NCBI GenBank assembly: GCA_015680685.1
Contig: MNCI01002989.1
Coordinates: 839,706-903,705, forward strand
Source of the DNA: Gnetum montanum
Taxonomy: Eukaryota; Plantae; Gnetophyta
Direction of reading: 5' to 3'
Length of the DNA: 64,000 bases
The translations under genes were made by a program, and so were the position numbers. Below the pieces are notes generated by a model. That model did not search any database. It was given only the letters and a program-made list of their open reading frames with translations, and was not told where the DNA came from. Below are positions 28,251 through 38,790 of the stretch, one piece after another (within the stretch, counting starts at the first letter, position 1; every line of letters starts with the position of its first letter).

Positions 28251-30099
28251 GGATTGTGTTTGTCATTTTTGTCTTAGTATTCAATTTTGTTGTCTTGAAT
28301 ACCAAAATTTTGTAATGATTGTAATTTTGTATACTTGGGGTACTTACTATTTGTTCATGTGTGTTGTTGTGTTTATGTATGTCAGTAGATAGTCAGTAAT
28401 CCCATACCTTCTCAAAATTTTGTAAGAAATTTTGTCCTCCTTTTGTTCACTCAAGGATGAGTTTTCATTCAATTGTGGGGGTATGATGAGTCACATTTTC
28501 TAGGTTACATTGATGAAGACTCATTGATGTGGCCCCATCAATGTGACCCCATTGACATGGCCATGTTGATGTGGAATTTGATGCGTTGATGTGGCCTCAT
28601 CAATGTAGTATCTATTTTTGCCTATAAATACATGCTCACCCATCGTGTTTATGGCATGTTTGACATAGTTGTAGTGGCACTCTTGCAGTTTTGTCATTCA
28701 AAAGTTATAATATTTTTCTAAGTTCCCATAGTAGGATTCAAAGAGTGTACAAATCTTTATTTGAGCACTATTGTACCTTAGCATGGTAGTGTGTGTGGTA
28801 ATAAAGATGAGCTTTCTTATAAACATTGCAGCACTTCAAAATAGATTAATTATTTACTTATGCATTCAGTGTTTTATGTAATTTTCTTTAATGCTTTAAT
28901 TAATTAAATAATTAATTAAGCTAAATTAAATAGTGATTAATTAAGCACATAAGTATGACCACTTTGAGCATATGCTTAACACTTGGTAATCCAAATAACA
29001 CTTGATATTTGGTAACCCAATAGTGTTAACCATGTTTAGGATGTGTACAACAAGTGGAAATGAATGCTTATGTTAGAATTAGTTAGGTGTAGTTACTTAG
29101 ATTAAATTATCAATTTAGTTATTTTATTTTATACATTATTTTTTTACCCTTAGGTGACTTAAAACATAAAACATAAAAAATGATAAAAATCATATGCCTT
29201 AGTGATGAGTGGCAAGGTACCCCTACACTCAACCATACGAAACGAGCATCACACGCGCAATCCTATCGAACTTTGCAGATGGACTAGTGGTGGCACCTAG
29301 ATAGTTAGCCTTAGGTCATAGTTCACTGTCTTCCCACCTAGACTAGTATTGCATTTGTCACGTATGGTTTAGTCCAGATGAGGTGTATGATGTGTTTCCT
29401 AATCTAAGCTACTCCTGAAGGCAGTGGAAAATAATATTTAACTAAGCTAAGCTAGGAGGAAAAGGGTAAGAAAATCTAATCTAGCCTAAGTGNGGTGAGA
29501 GAGAGAAAATAGTAAATAACATTAAATAAATAACAAATAAATAAATAACAAAGTGAATGCTACAATGATGAAGTAATCTCGATCTTTATTGCTGGTCATG
29601 TGCGTGTCCAAGTATGGCACACTCGAATAAAGACACTGTACAATTACATTCACCATACTGTGGGCAGACACGGGAAAAAATCTAACTCTGGAGGGATCAA
29701 ACTACCAGAGCTTCACTACTCTAAAACTGGGATTCCTAAAACTAGGAAAGCCGACTCTTATTTATAGATTTGGCGGCACGACGCGATATTGCGTACGATA
29801 CATCGCGTACGCGATATCGCAGCCCATGCGATATCACGAGTGTGATATCCCAGCTGTGATATCATAGCCATTGGGATATCATGGCTGTGATATAATGGTG
29901 GTGATATCATAGCCAGCAAATTCATGACTCATCATACTCCCACGACTGAATGAAAACTCGTCCTCGAGTTAAAGTGAGAACAAGATACATTGATTACACA
30001 GTGGATAGGTATGGGGTTATTAGATGGAAAAATGGGATGATGCCGCAATGTGGGAAGAAAATAAAACAAAGACACACAACACATAAAATATTTACAAAA

Positions 30100-30707
30100 A
30101 TTTGGAACTCATGTAGTTCCTAGTGGCGGTGACTCCTCCATAGGTGTCTTTCCCTTTTCTTTTTCTCCAAGTCTTGGGATTTGATGGCATTGAAGTATGG
30201 CCTAGAGTTTCTCCTCTTGTAAAGCCTTAAGTGCCTTGGCGTGTGTGTAATTTTTTACTTGTTCCATAGAGGCAGCCTAGACAGCCTTCTCTTTTTCTTC
30301 TGCCACCCTTTTATTCTCTATAAATAGTTTATTAAGTTGCTCAGTTCTAAAAGTGTCTAGCTGGTTCTAAGCAACCTTTCGCCCTGTATTTGAAAGGTTT
30401 AATACTTCCAAAATGGCTTGAATAGAGAAATCAATAGTCACACTACAAATGTTAACCATGGTGCCTTCTTCTTTATTGTGCCAAAATTGGTACATTTCCC
30501 CTGAGTACCAGGAACCACTTTCATAGAAGGTATCTCCTGCTTCTGCCTACCCGAACTGTACAATAGGAGGATCTTCTTGAAGAACACTGAATGATTATTC
30601 CTCCTATTCTGCATGTTGTCTGGTAGGACCTTTTCTTCCACCTCTCTTGGCTCGTTTGCTTCCACCTTGGGCAGGACCTTCCTATTGTTTGGGTGTCGGG
30701 GCCATCT
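30100..30707 (-). pseudogene. 3' ORF of element C (MAPTPKQ...; plant-transposon-protein/Athila ORF-like domain remnant)
   Basis: ATG after acceptor-like GTGATTGCAG. Frame broken mostly by TAG/TAA stops. Contains VNICSVTIDFSIQAILEVLNLSNTG and ends KGKTPMEESPP. Confidence 0.6.
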
Positions 30708-32571
30708 GCAATCACACGGGACCAATCGTTAGTAAGGTTGTTACCAAAGTTAGGTTATACCTTACTACTTGCCTTAATAGATTTACTTTATTTCCATGTG
30801 ATGTTAATTGTTAGAAGAACATGTCCTCAAAATTATAATGTTGAGTCCTCTTTTCTTAGGTGGTTTCCAAATTGATTTTTCTGGTATAGCTAAGGGGATG
30901 AAATTATCTTTGACACATTTTATTCTTAATTTTAGAACTAATTACCCTTAAAGAGGTCCTTCGGGCGATGATGAATTTCAAAAAATTTATGCACTATTCG
31001 ACATGTGCTCCTCCCCCATGACTAAGCTGAACACTCTGGGGTCAAGTAGGTTCAAACGAAATGATAATCGGAGTACTAGCGAGCGAGTTATGGATATGGA
31101 AGCAAGGGATGTGCAATCGCAAGTTGTAGAGAGAAATTTTAAAAACTTCCCGTGTGTGAACAGTTGCAAATAATGTTGATTAGCACAGGGGGATCATGTA
31201 TATATATTTTTATTGAAGTTAGGGCACTTAGAGAATGTGCCGAATTTTTAATATTTCTTTGAAATTAAACAATATAAACTATGGACATCTAAACGATTGT
31301 TAAAGGGTTCTAGGGTAATTCAACTAGTTCTGAAGGCACGAAAATTTTGATGGTGTGGAATTTATCAATAAGGACCTTGGATGTTAGAGAAAAAGGCTAT
31401 GTGATGGTAATAAGGAAAAGAAAATTATGAAAAATTAAGCTGAGGGTAAGAAACTATGTGTTCTAGCTAGAGAATTAATGAAGATTACAACAAAATTACA
31501 CAAGTGGGTCCTCCCCAAAGCAGATTTCAACCTATAATGCCCTTGTGTAACCACACTTAAAGTGTCCATGGGCACTAGAAGGGTTAAATGTAATCCGCAC
31601 TAACTCCACAAAACACACACATGTAAATATCACCAGAATGAGATGAAAATTCTATGCTACACGGGACACGAGCTATAATTACACGAACAGTGAGATGAGA
31701 CGAAGTATAGAAAGGGATCATAGAGATTGGGACATGAGGTAGCTGACCCAGGACACAGTGAATCTTACGTGAAAAGCATGATTAAGGTGTCATTAACCCA
31801 ACATTCCAAGATCAGGACCAAGTCCATCCTTCTAATCAGTGACATCGCATTGTTTCATCCCATGGTGAACCACTATAAAAGTACCATAACAACAAGGCGT
31901 ACGATCACTTGGCATTTAGTACAAGGGAGGAGTGATTTTTGTTTTATGGCACTTCTTTTTCTTTTCTTCTTCTTTTTTCTTTTTTTTTCACTTTACTAAA
32001 TCCAGAGAAGCCACCAACCTTCAGGCATGGATGCATGTCTTTCCAGTGGGACCCCCTAGAACAGCGTTTGATTTTTGAGTGCCCTTTTGATTACTCCTAC
32101 TCCCATTTTTCATTAGATCTACAAGGATCTTAGTACAACCATATTGCATGATAACTCCCAAAGATGTCACCAAAGAGAATCTGCAAGTCCCCTTGATGTC
32201 ACACCCTAATCATTCCCTCTTGGTCCATCCTTCTTCATTCTGGGTACAATGAACACAAAATTAATTTTAAGTTTTAGAAATTTCAAGAATATCACTATAC
32301 CCATGAACAGACCTTCTTTATTTAGAGAGTGAATGAGTGGATGTAATGGGCTCACTGTTCTAAATAATTGATCACTCATGACTTAATAACATAAAACACA
32401 CCTCAACCAATGATCCACATGAGTGTTTTATTCGTAGATGAGATTACTTACAAAAACATGAAAATACAAACACACAAAAAGATAAAACAAAAAGTTGAAA
32501 AAAAGTGAAAAACTGAAAAACAAAAAGTTGAAAAATTAAAGAAAATGAAAAATATTTATTAATCCTACTTT

Positions 32572-34228
32572 CTATTGAAATGGGGGATATCCCCCATAAC
32601 TAAACGGTTGAGTNNNNNNNNNNNNNNNNNNNNNNNNNNNNNNNNNNNNNNNNNNNNNNNNNNNNNNNNNNNNNNNNNNNNNNNNNNNNNNNNNNNNNNN
32701 NNNNNNNNNNNNNNNNNNNNNNNNNNNNNNNNNNNNNNNNNNNNNNNNNNNNNNNNNNNNNNNNNNNNNNNNNNNNNNNNNNNNNNNNNNNNNNNNNNNN
32801 NNNNNNNNNNNNNNNNNNNNNNNNNNNNNNNNNNNNNNNNNNNNNNNNNNNNNNNNNNNNNNNNNNNNNNNNNNNNNNNNNNNNNNNNNNNNNNNNNNNN
32901 NNNNNNNNNNNNNNNNNNNNNNNNNNNNNNNNNNNNNNNNNNNNNNNNNNNNNNNNNNNNNNNNNNNNNNNNNNNNNNNNNNNNNNNNNNNNNNNNNNNN
33001 NNNNNNNNNNNNNNNNNNNNNNNNNNNNNNNNNNNNNNNNNNNNNNNNNNNNNNNNNNNNNNNNNNNNNNNNNNNNNNNNNNNNNNNNNNNNNNNNNNNN
33101 NNNNNNNNNNNNNNNNNNNNNNNNNNNNNNNNNNNNNNNNNNNNNNNNNNNNNNNNNNNNNNNNNNNNNNNNNNNNNNNNNNNNNNNNNNNNNNNNNNNN
33201 NNNNNNNNNNNNNNNNNNNNNNNNNNNNNNNNNNNNNNNNNNNNNNNNNNNNNNNNNNNNNNNNNNNNNNCACTATGATCGAACACAGTATCTCTGTACG
33301 AACTCTGGATGTAACGTGTTTCCCCAATGCTCATGTAGATGTAACAATATTGGGCATTGGCCCTTGGGGTGATCATACAGGCATATGTTGCATTCATATG
33401 TATGATTGGCAGTTGAGCGCTTATTCCCTTCGTTCTTTCTTTTCGATTGTCTATTGTTTTTTCCTGCTTCTTGGTTTGTCAAAACTCTATCTCCAATGAT
33501 GTTGATATATTCTTCACATTTTTTATACATCTATTCCAACATCTTATTGATCTTTGCCTCGGCTTCTTCTAACGATTGTTGTATTGGCAAAGATGATGTT
33601 TCNNNNNNNNNNNNNNNNNNNNNNNNNNNNNNNNNNNNNNNNNNNNNNNNNNNNNNNNNNNNNNNNNNTGTTGTGCTTGTTTCCATCCTTGGATTTGTTT
33701 CCTCAAGGCTGACACTCTTGCGTAGGTTTGATATTTTTCATTAAAGACTTCTACCATTGTTGACCAATGTTGTATCGAATTTGGTTTTAACGATCTATAC
33801 CATACTTTAGCTTGGTCAACAAGTGTCATAGGAAAGAGCTTAAGTTTTTACCATCCATTATCAATGTTATTCCATGTGCAGGCATCGTAGAAGGCTAATA
33901 AATGTTGATGCGAATCTAAGTCATAGCCTCCTGAAAATTTGGGAAAGTTGTTTAAATTGAGCCTGGGTAGACGACTCTCTTTACGATGCCTACGTAAGAT
34001 TCGAATAGCCTCTTGTATTTGTGTTAAGCTTGTAGTGGCCAGTGGGGCTTCATCGTCATCGGGTAAGTTAAGCTTTTGTGTGTTGTGAGGACATTGTTTT
34101 TGTTCATGCTTATAGGAAACTCCCACTTCAGGTTGTATACTCCAATCTTCATCGTCATATAGCTCATTGGTTCTCCAATGAACTTATTCACTAAGTGTGG
34201 CTTTATTATCATCTTGTAGAAGAGGCAT
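32572..34228 (-). pseudogene. gag of element C (partly in assembly gaps)
   Basis: LNNFPKFSGGYDLDSHQHLLAFYDAC, AKVWYRSLKPNSIQHWSTMVEVFNEKY, knuckle CNICLYDHPKGQC. Ends QPFSYGGYPPFQ*. Confidence 0.85.
32614..33270. other. Assembly gap (second gap 33603-33668; single Ns at 16587 and 29493)
   Basis: Runs of N. Confidence 0.99.
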
Positions 34229-34709
34229 TGTTGTGTGTGAATTTATGTGACTTTTTAATAATTTCTTCCTTTTAAGAGATATATCATTAAGTTCTTTACA
34301 GCGAGTGACCTTGTATGATATAACTAATCTAGATAACTAGCACCATCCCTGGCAATGGAGCCAATGATGAGTCGTGAGGTACCCCTACACTCAACCATAC
34401 GAAACGAGTGTCGCACGTGCGATCCGGTCGAACTCCGCAGATGGACTAGTTGTGGCACCTAGATAGTTAGCCTTAGGTCACAGTTCACTATCTTCCCACC
34501 TGGACCAGTATTACATTTGTCACGTATGGTTTAGTCCGGATGAGGTGTATGATATGTTTCCTAATCTAAGCTACTCCTGAAGGCAATGGAAAATAATATT
34601 TAACTAAGCTAAGCTAGGAGGAAAAGGGTAAGAAAATCTAATCTAGCCTAAGTGCGACGAGCAACCGATTCCTTGATCAACCGTACACATCTTGGACCTC
34701 GTACACGAC

Positions 34710-34830
34710 TACCACTAAGACTACTAAGCGTAGATCCTAGGTATGCCACTGGGATTACCAAGCGTAGATCCCAGATACGCCATTGGGTTACCAAGCGTAG
34801 ATCCTAGCTACACCACTGGGCTACCAAGCA
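34710..34830. repeat. ~33-34 bp tandem repeat (about 3.5 copies) in the LTR of C
   Basis: Units like CCACTGGGATTACCAAGCGTAGATCCTAGGTATG. About 1.5 units in the LTRs of A. Confidence 0.85.
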
Positions 34831-36244
34831 GTCACACTTAAATGCTCGTAATCAAGTTGTACTTGTTTCGCGTTCTAGGAGTTTAAGGGTGAGAGAGAGA
34901 AAACAGTAAATAACATTAAATAAATAACAAAGTGAATGCTGCAATGATGAAGTAATCTCGATCTTTATTGCCGGTCATGTGCATGTCCAAGTACGACACA
35001 CTCGAATAAAGACACTGTACAATTACATTCACCACACTGTGGGCAGACACGGGAAAAAATCTAACTCTGGAGGGATCAAACTGCCAGAGCTTCGCTACTA
35101 TAAAACTGGGATTCCTAAAACTGGGAAAGCCGGCTCTTATTTATAGATTTGGCAGCATGACGCGATATCGCGTACGATACATCGCGTACACGATATCGCG
35201 ACGGACGTGATATCGCGTTCACGATAGCGCAGCCCATGCGATATCACGGGTGTGATATCTCGGCTGTGATATCACAGCCACTGGGATATCACGGTTGTGA
35301 TATCACGGTGGTGATATCACAGCCAGCAAATTCATGACTCATCACTTAGTTACACCTTACTATACCATTACATTTCACAAGTGTAATTGGGAAGGCAATG
35401 ATTGTAGTGGTTAGTTTCACTTCCTAGAGACCAATGTACTTAGAAGGCTATAAGTCCATGGAATTCAATCAAATCATGTGTGAACACTTAGTAATTCATA
35501 TGGTTGGGCATATGGTCTACTCGCTGCTCATCACCAAGTATTTCTTTTGGTAGTTAGAGATCTAGTTCTTAGGTCATGTCATTTTTGGAACTAGTATTAC
35601 TATGGATCTAACTAATAATACTATGATTTTTGATTGGCCAATTCTAGAGATACTAGTAGAGATTCATATTTTTTTAGGGCTAGCTAGGTACTACCATAAA
35701 TTTGTGGAGTATTTTTCCTATATTACATCTCCTTTAGCTCAATTTCTAAGAAAAGATATTTTCTTTTGATGAATTTTAGCCTCGTAGACAACTTTTGATA
35801 AGATGAAGCATAGATTAGTATTTGTACTAGTATTAATTTCTTCTACATCTAGCCATCTTTATGATGTATGCATAGATGCATCTAGTAATGGATTTGGATG
35901 TCTCTTAATGCAAGATGGATAGGTCATAGGGTATGCTTCACATCAGTTGAGCTTGCATAAGATTCATTATCTAGTTTTTAATTTGGAGTTCAATGTAGTA
36001 GTCTTTACTTTAAAGATGTGGTGCCCTTATTTTTATAATGAGTAGGTAACTATTTGGATTGACCATATGAGTTTCTAGTATCTTGTGTTAGCCACAATTG
36101 AATTTGCCACAAAGAATATGATTAAAGCTTCTACACACATTAACTTTACCAATTTGTATAAGCATGGTAGGAATAACTAGGTGGCAGATGCATTAAGTAC
36201 AATGGCTAGTTGATGTATCATCCAGTGGCATTTTGTATGTTGAT

Positions 36245-36847
36245 TGTAAGCCCTAGATTTGGGAAGTATTTCATGTGCCAAGTGTTAATAGTCTAGCATG
36301 TTCAATAGAGGTTCTTGGCCTTATAAGATGCATCTTTATCCCCTAGGTTACACTTTGAAATTTTATGCATAATTCTAAGCTCTCTAGAATGATTCTAGAT
36401 TTATTCAAATGTTCTAGGATCCTTTCAGCATGTTTCCTTGGGTTTCATCTTATACCCATAACCAAAGCACAAAGTATGATTTCGGGGGATTGCATTGACT
36501 ACTCCACATCAACACATCTCCTGCATTAGCATTAGGGCATTAACGCATCCCCCTAGCAGGCTTGGTTTATCTAAATTTAGTTCATGTGTATCTAGGGTCA
36601 ATTTGGATTGCATCAATGAGCCTCCATTGATGCCTAGGCAATGAAAAATCCCTTTCATTTTTATGTGAACTATATAAATACTCAAGATAAGCTCTCAAAC
36701 TTAACAGTTCATTTAGAACATTTCCATTTGGATTTTGACATCTAGTTTTATGTGAAGACTTCTTCATCCCTTGGGTAAGTTGATTCCTTTACTTGTTTTG
36801 TGTATTTGTTAAGTTATTACTTTCACAATTGTGGCTAGACCATAACA
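36245..36847 (+). mobile_element. LTR-like segment (TGTAAGCCC...CATAACA)
   Basis: TG...CA ends, decayed CG palindromes at ~36490-36635, TATA CTATATAAATA at ~36670. No TSD or partner LTR seen. Confidence 0.4.
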
Positions 36848-36864
36848 ATATTTTGCCAATATGC

Positions 36865-38310
36865 TTCCAAATGAAAACAAAATTTCATGATCTCTTAGTT
36901 TGTTAGTTATATTTGATAATTATTAACAAATTGTGAATGTTTTGTAACAAAACTAGAATGGTACTTAAAATGTAAAGTGCACTAGGTTAATATATAAATC
37001 TAATCATCATTAAATGGGATTTAATAAATAAAAAATAATATAAATACATTTATTTCATCAATGTATAAGCATAAGGTCAAACTAAAAAGATATTCAATTT
37101 TAAAAAAATGGAGAAGGATGACATTGACTAGTTTCACTTAGTATTGCACTCTTTGTGAAAATAATCAAAATACAAAATATCTTAGGGTAAAGCCATCTAA
37201 ATTAATTACTACATTTGTAAATAAAAATTTATGAGGAATCAAAATACCTTTAAAAGTTAAAATACCTTTCAGAAATAATAATATAGATTTTTTTTTTAAA
37301 AAAAATCCTCATTATCTATTGGTCATTAGTATTAGAAGTCTCAACTAGTATGAAAGGAATATCTTAGGAACATCCAAAAAGTTACTAAATAGATTATACC
37401 AAGCCAATGCATATAAGGAATCACCAACAAATTGCTACATCCATAGATGAATCAGATGTCTAGGAAAAAAAGTTAAAAGACAACAATCTAATATAACCAT
37501 CCATTCATGCTTCATATATTAGACCAAAGCTAAAGACCTATAAGTCATATAAGCTTTTTTGGAACTTCAGTCATTCTTTTAAAAGAATAAAATTTAAAAA
37601 CAAAAGAAATTCCAATAAAACTAACTTCTCCTAACCCTTGAAAAATTCATCCAAACATAAAAGGTGCTAGATTTATAATGCACTCATTCATAGAACATTA
37701 AACCTTCAACAGCAAAGAGTAAATCAAATTAACCAGTAAAACTAATGCTATTTATCTGATCCAATCATCAATCCTCATTAGAATCATCCATGTGTCCTCA
37801 AAGCTCCATGAGAGAAATCACATTCATTGTTAGAAGATTCTGTAGATTTTTCCAACTCAACCTTTGATACCCTAGTATATTTAACTAAAGCTAAATCAAT
37901 AGGATGAGAAAAATAGCCCCTTTTCATTACTTCTTTAGTTAGCATGGATTCATTAGGCCGATCATCTAACTTTAATTGAGGATTAGACTGATAACTATGG
38001 CATTGAGGCTTGAGGCTCTTGTACTACTTGCATGTTATTCTTTGCATAATCTTGCAATGCAACATATGTGAGCAAACGAAGTCTAAAATCAAGAGCGTAA
38101 TGTGGTAATGAAGAAGAATACTATGATACTTTATTTGCAACAAATTTGTTGTGCGTGTTGCCTACCATTTTAATGAACAGTAAAAACTAAAAATGTTGTT
38201 GTACGAAGTGTTATATATAGAAAAGCAATAATTTCATACTTTGTTCCTATTACACATGAATTTTCTTAATAGCTGGGTTTTCCAAAATCATAAATTTTAC
38301 ACCATTGAAA
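36865..38310 (+). repeat. Segmental duplication, direct homologue of ~55930-57295
   Basis: Collinear similarity through the 3' flank, the minus-strand ORF remnant and its promoter. Confidence 0.9.
37768..38168 (-). pseudogene. Finger-less paralogue of the C2H2/EAR gene family (copy 3)
   Basis: MVGNTHNKFVANKVS*YSSSLPHYALDFRLRLLTYVALQDYAKNN. Has stops, a frameshift and a small deletion across the LDLN motif relative to 56736-57146. TATA-like at ~38213. Confidence 0.65.
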
Positions 38311-38714
38311 TTTTTTGAAAACATCTTAGTCATTTGAACATTATTTCTTTAATGAATTTAGAGTTAAAATTTTTATTTGAGCTTTGGATGTACATTTACT
38401 CTCAATGAAAACTCTTCACCAATGTTCTGACTTCTATATGGAGTATTAGTTCTCTTCAAGTTGCAATGAAAGGTATGGTGGGTTTTATATTTTTATTTTG
38501 GGATTTGAGTCATAATTAAAACATTGAATTTTATAAAGGTTTATTATGTTATTTCATTTGGATATCATTTAATAAGGTTTTTCAAATTTAGTTTAAAATG
38601 TGGGTATTAGTGCTTGAAATTTCTTTGAATAATATTTATTTTTAAGATATATAGTTAAATTAGAACAATATTTACCCTTAAGACATATAGTTAAATTAGA
38701 CCTTTATAACTTAA

Positions 38715-38790
38715 AATTGCTTACCAGAATCAAACCTATAACTTGAAGCTTTTAAATGAAGAGTCTGATCACTAGGCTAATACCTCATTA
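38715..38790 (-). mobile_element. tRNA-derived SINE-like remnant (other copies ~54740-54815; partial 40457-40495)
   Basis: Minus-strand A-box-like TAGCCTAGTG(G/A) and B-box-like GGTTTGATTC / GGTTCAATTT about 30-40 nt apart. Confidence 0.45.

Larger units (their letters stand above)
29203..35344 (-). mobile_element. Element C: non-autonomous (Gag-only) Athila-type element nested in the 3' LTR of B
   Basis: LTRs 29203-29934 (with gap N at 29493) and 34365-35344. TSD CTTAG (29198-202 / 35345-49). PBS TGGCTCCATTGCCAGGGA at 34346-63. PPT at 29935. Internal region is collinear with element A. Confidence 0.93.
18315..35533 (+). mobile_element. Element B: full-length decayed Athila-lineage Ty3/gypsy (gag-pol + 3' ORF); 3' LTR split by element C
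   Basis: 5' LTR 18315-19215. 3' LTR 28484-29202 + 35350-35533. TSD CCAAG (18310-14 / 35534-38). Decayed Asp-PBS at 19216-19234. PPT TGTGGGGGTA at 28474-83. Confidence 0.92.
7879..36215 (+). mobile_element. Degenerate chromovirus-type (Tekay/Del-like) Ty3/gypsy, interrupted by elements A and B(+C); integrase not found
   Basis: LTR-like ~7879-10016. gag motifs TFLGIEDP, VSWIDF, REYDVQFVEL and two zinc-knuckle remnants (~11230-11320). Protease ILFYPCTSHSFVS (ORF 11459). RT N-terminus to 12184, RT core 17906-18314 (IEDLFNKI, FIDDILVY), and RT end/RNase H 35539-36200 (FLGHVI, FLGLARYYHKFVE, DASSNGFGCLLMQ, VADALS). Confidence 0.85.

Noticed and set aside
29490-29496. Apparent ~240 bp deletion in the 3' LTR of C and ~140 bp deletion in gag of A (16587)
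   Set aside because: Both coincide with a single N, so they are most likely under-sized assembly gaps.
32572-33397. Long ORFs of 251-265 aa in the track
   Set aside because: Artefacts of translating through N runs.
34710-34830. CRISPR-like repeat spacing (also 52365-52562)
   Set aside because: Head-to-tail LTR tandem repeats without unique spacers, in eukaryotic DNA with no cas genes.
38715-38790. Functional tRNA gene
   Set aside because: Only A/B-box-like remnants with no cloverleaf; treated as SINE-like.
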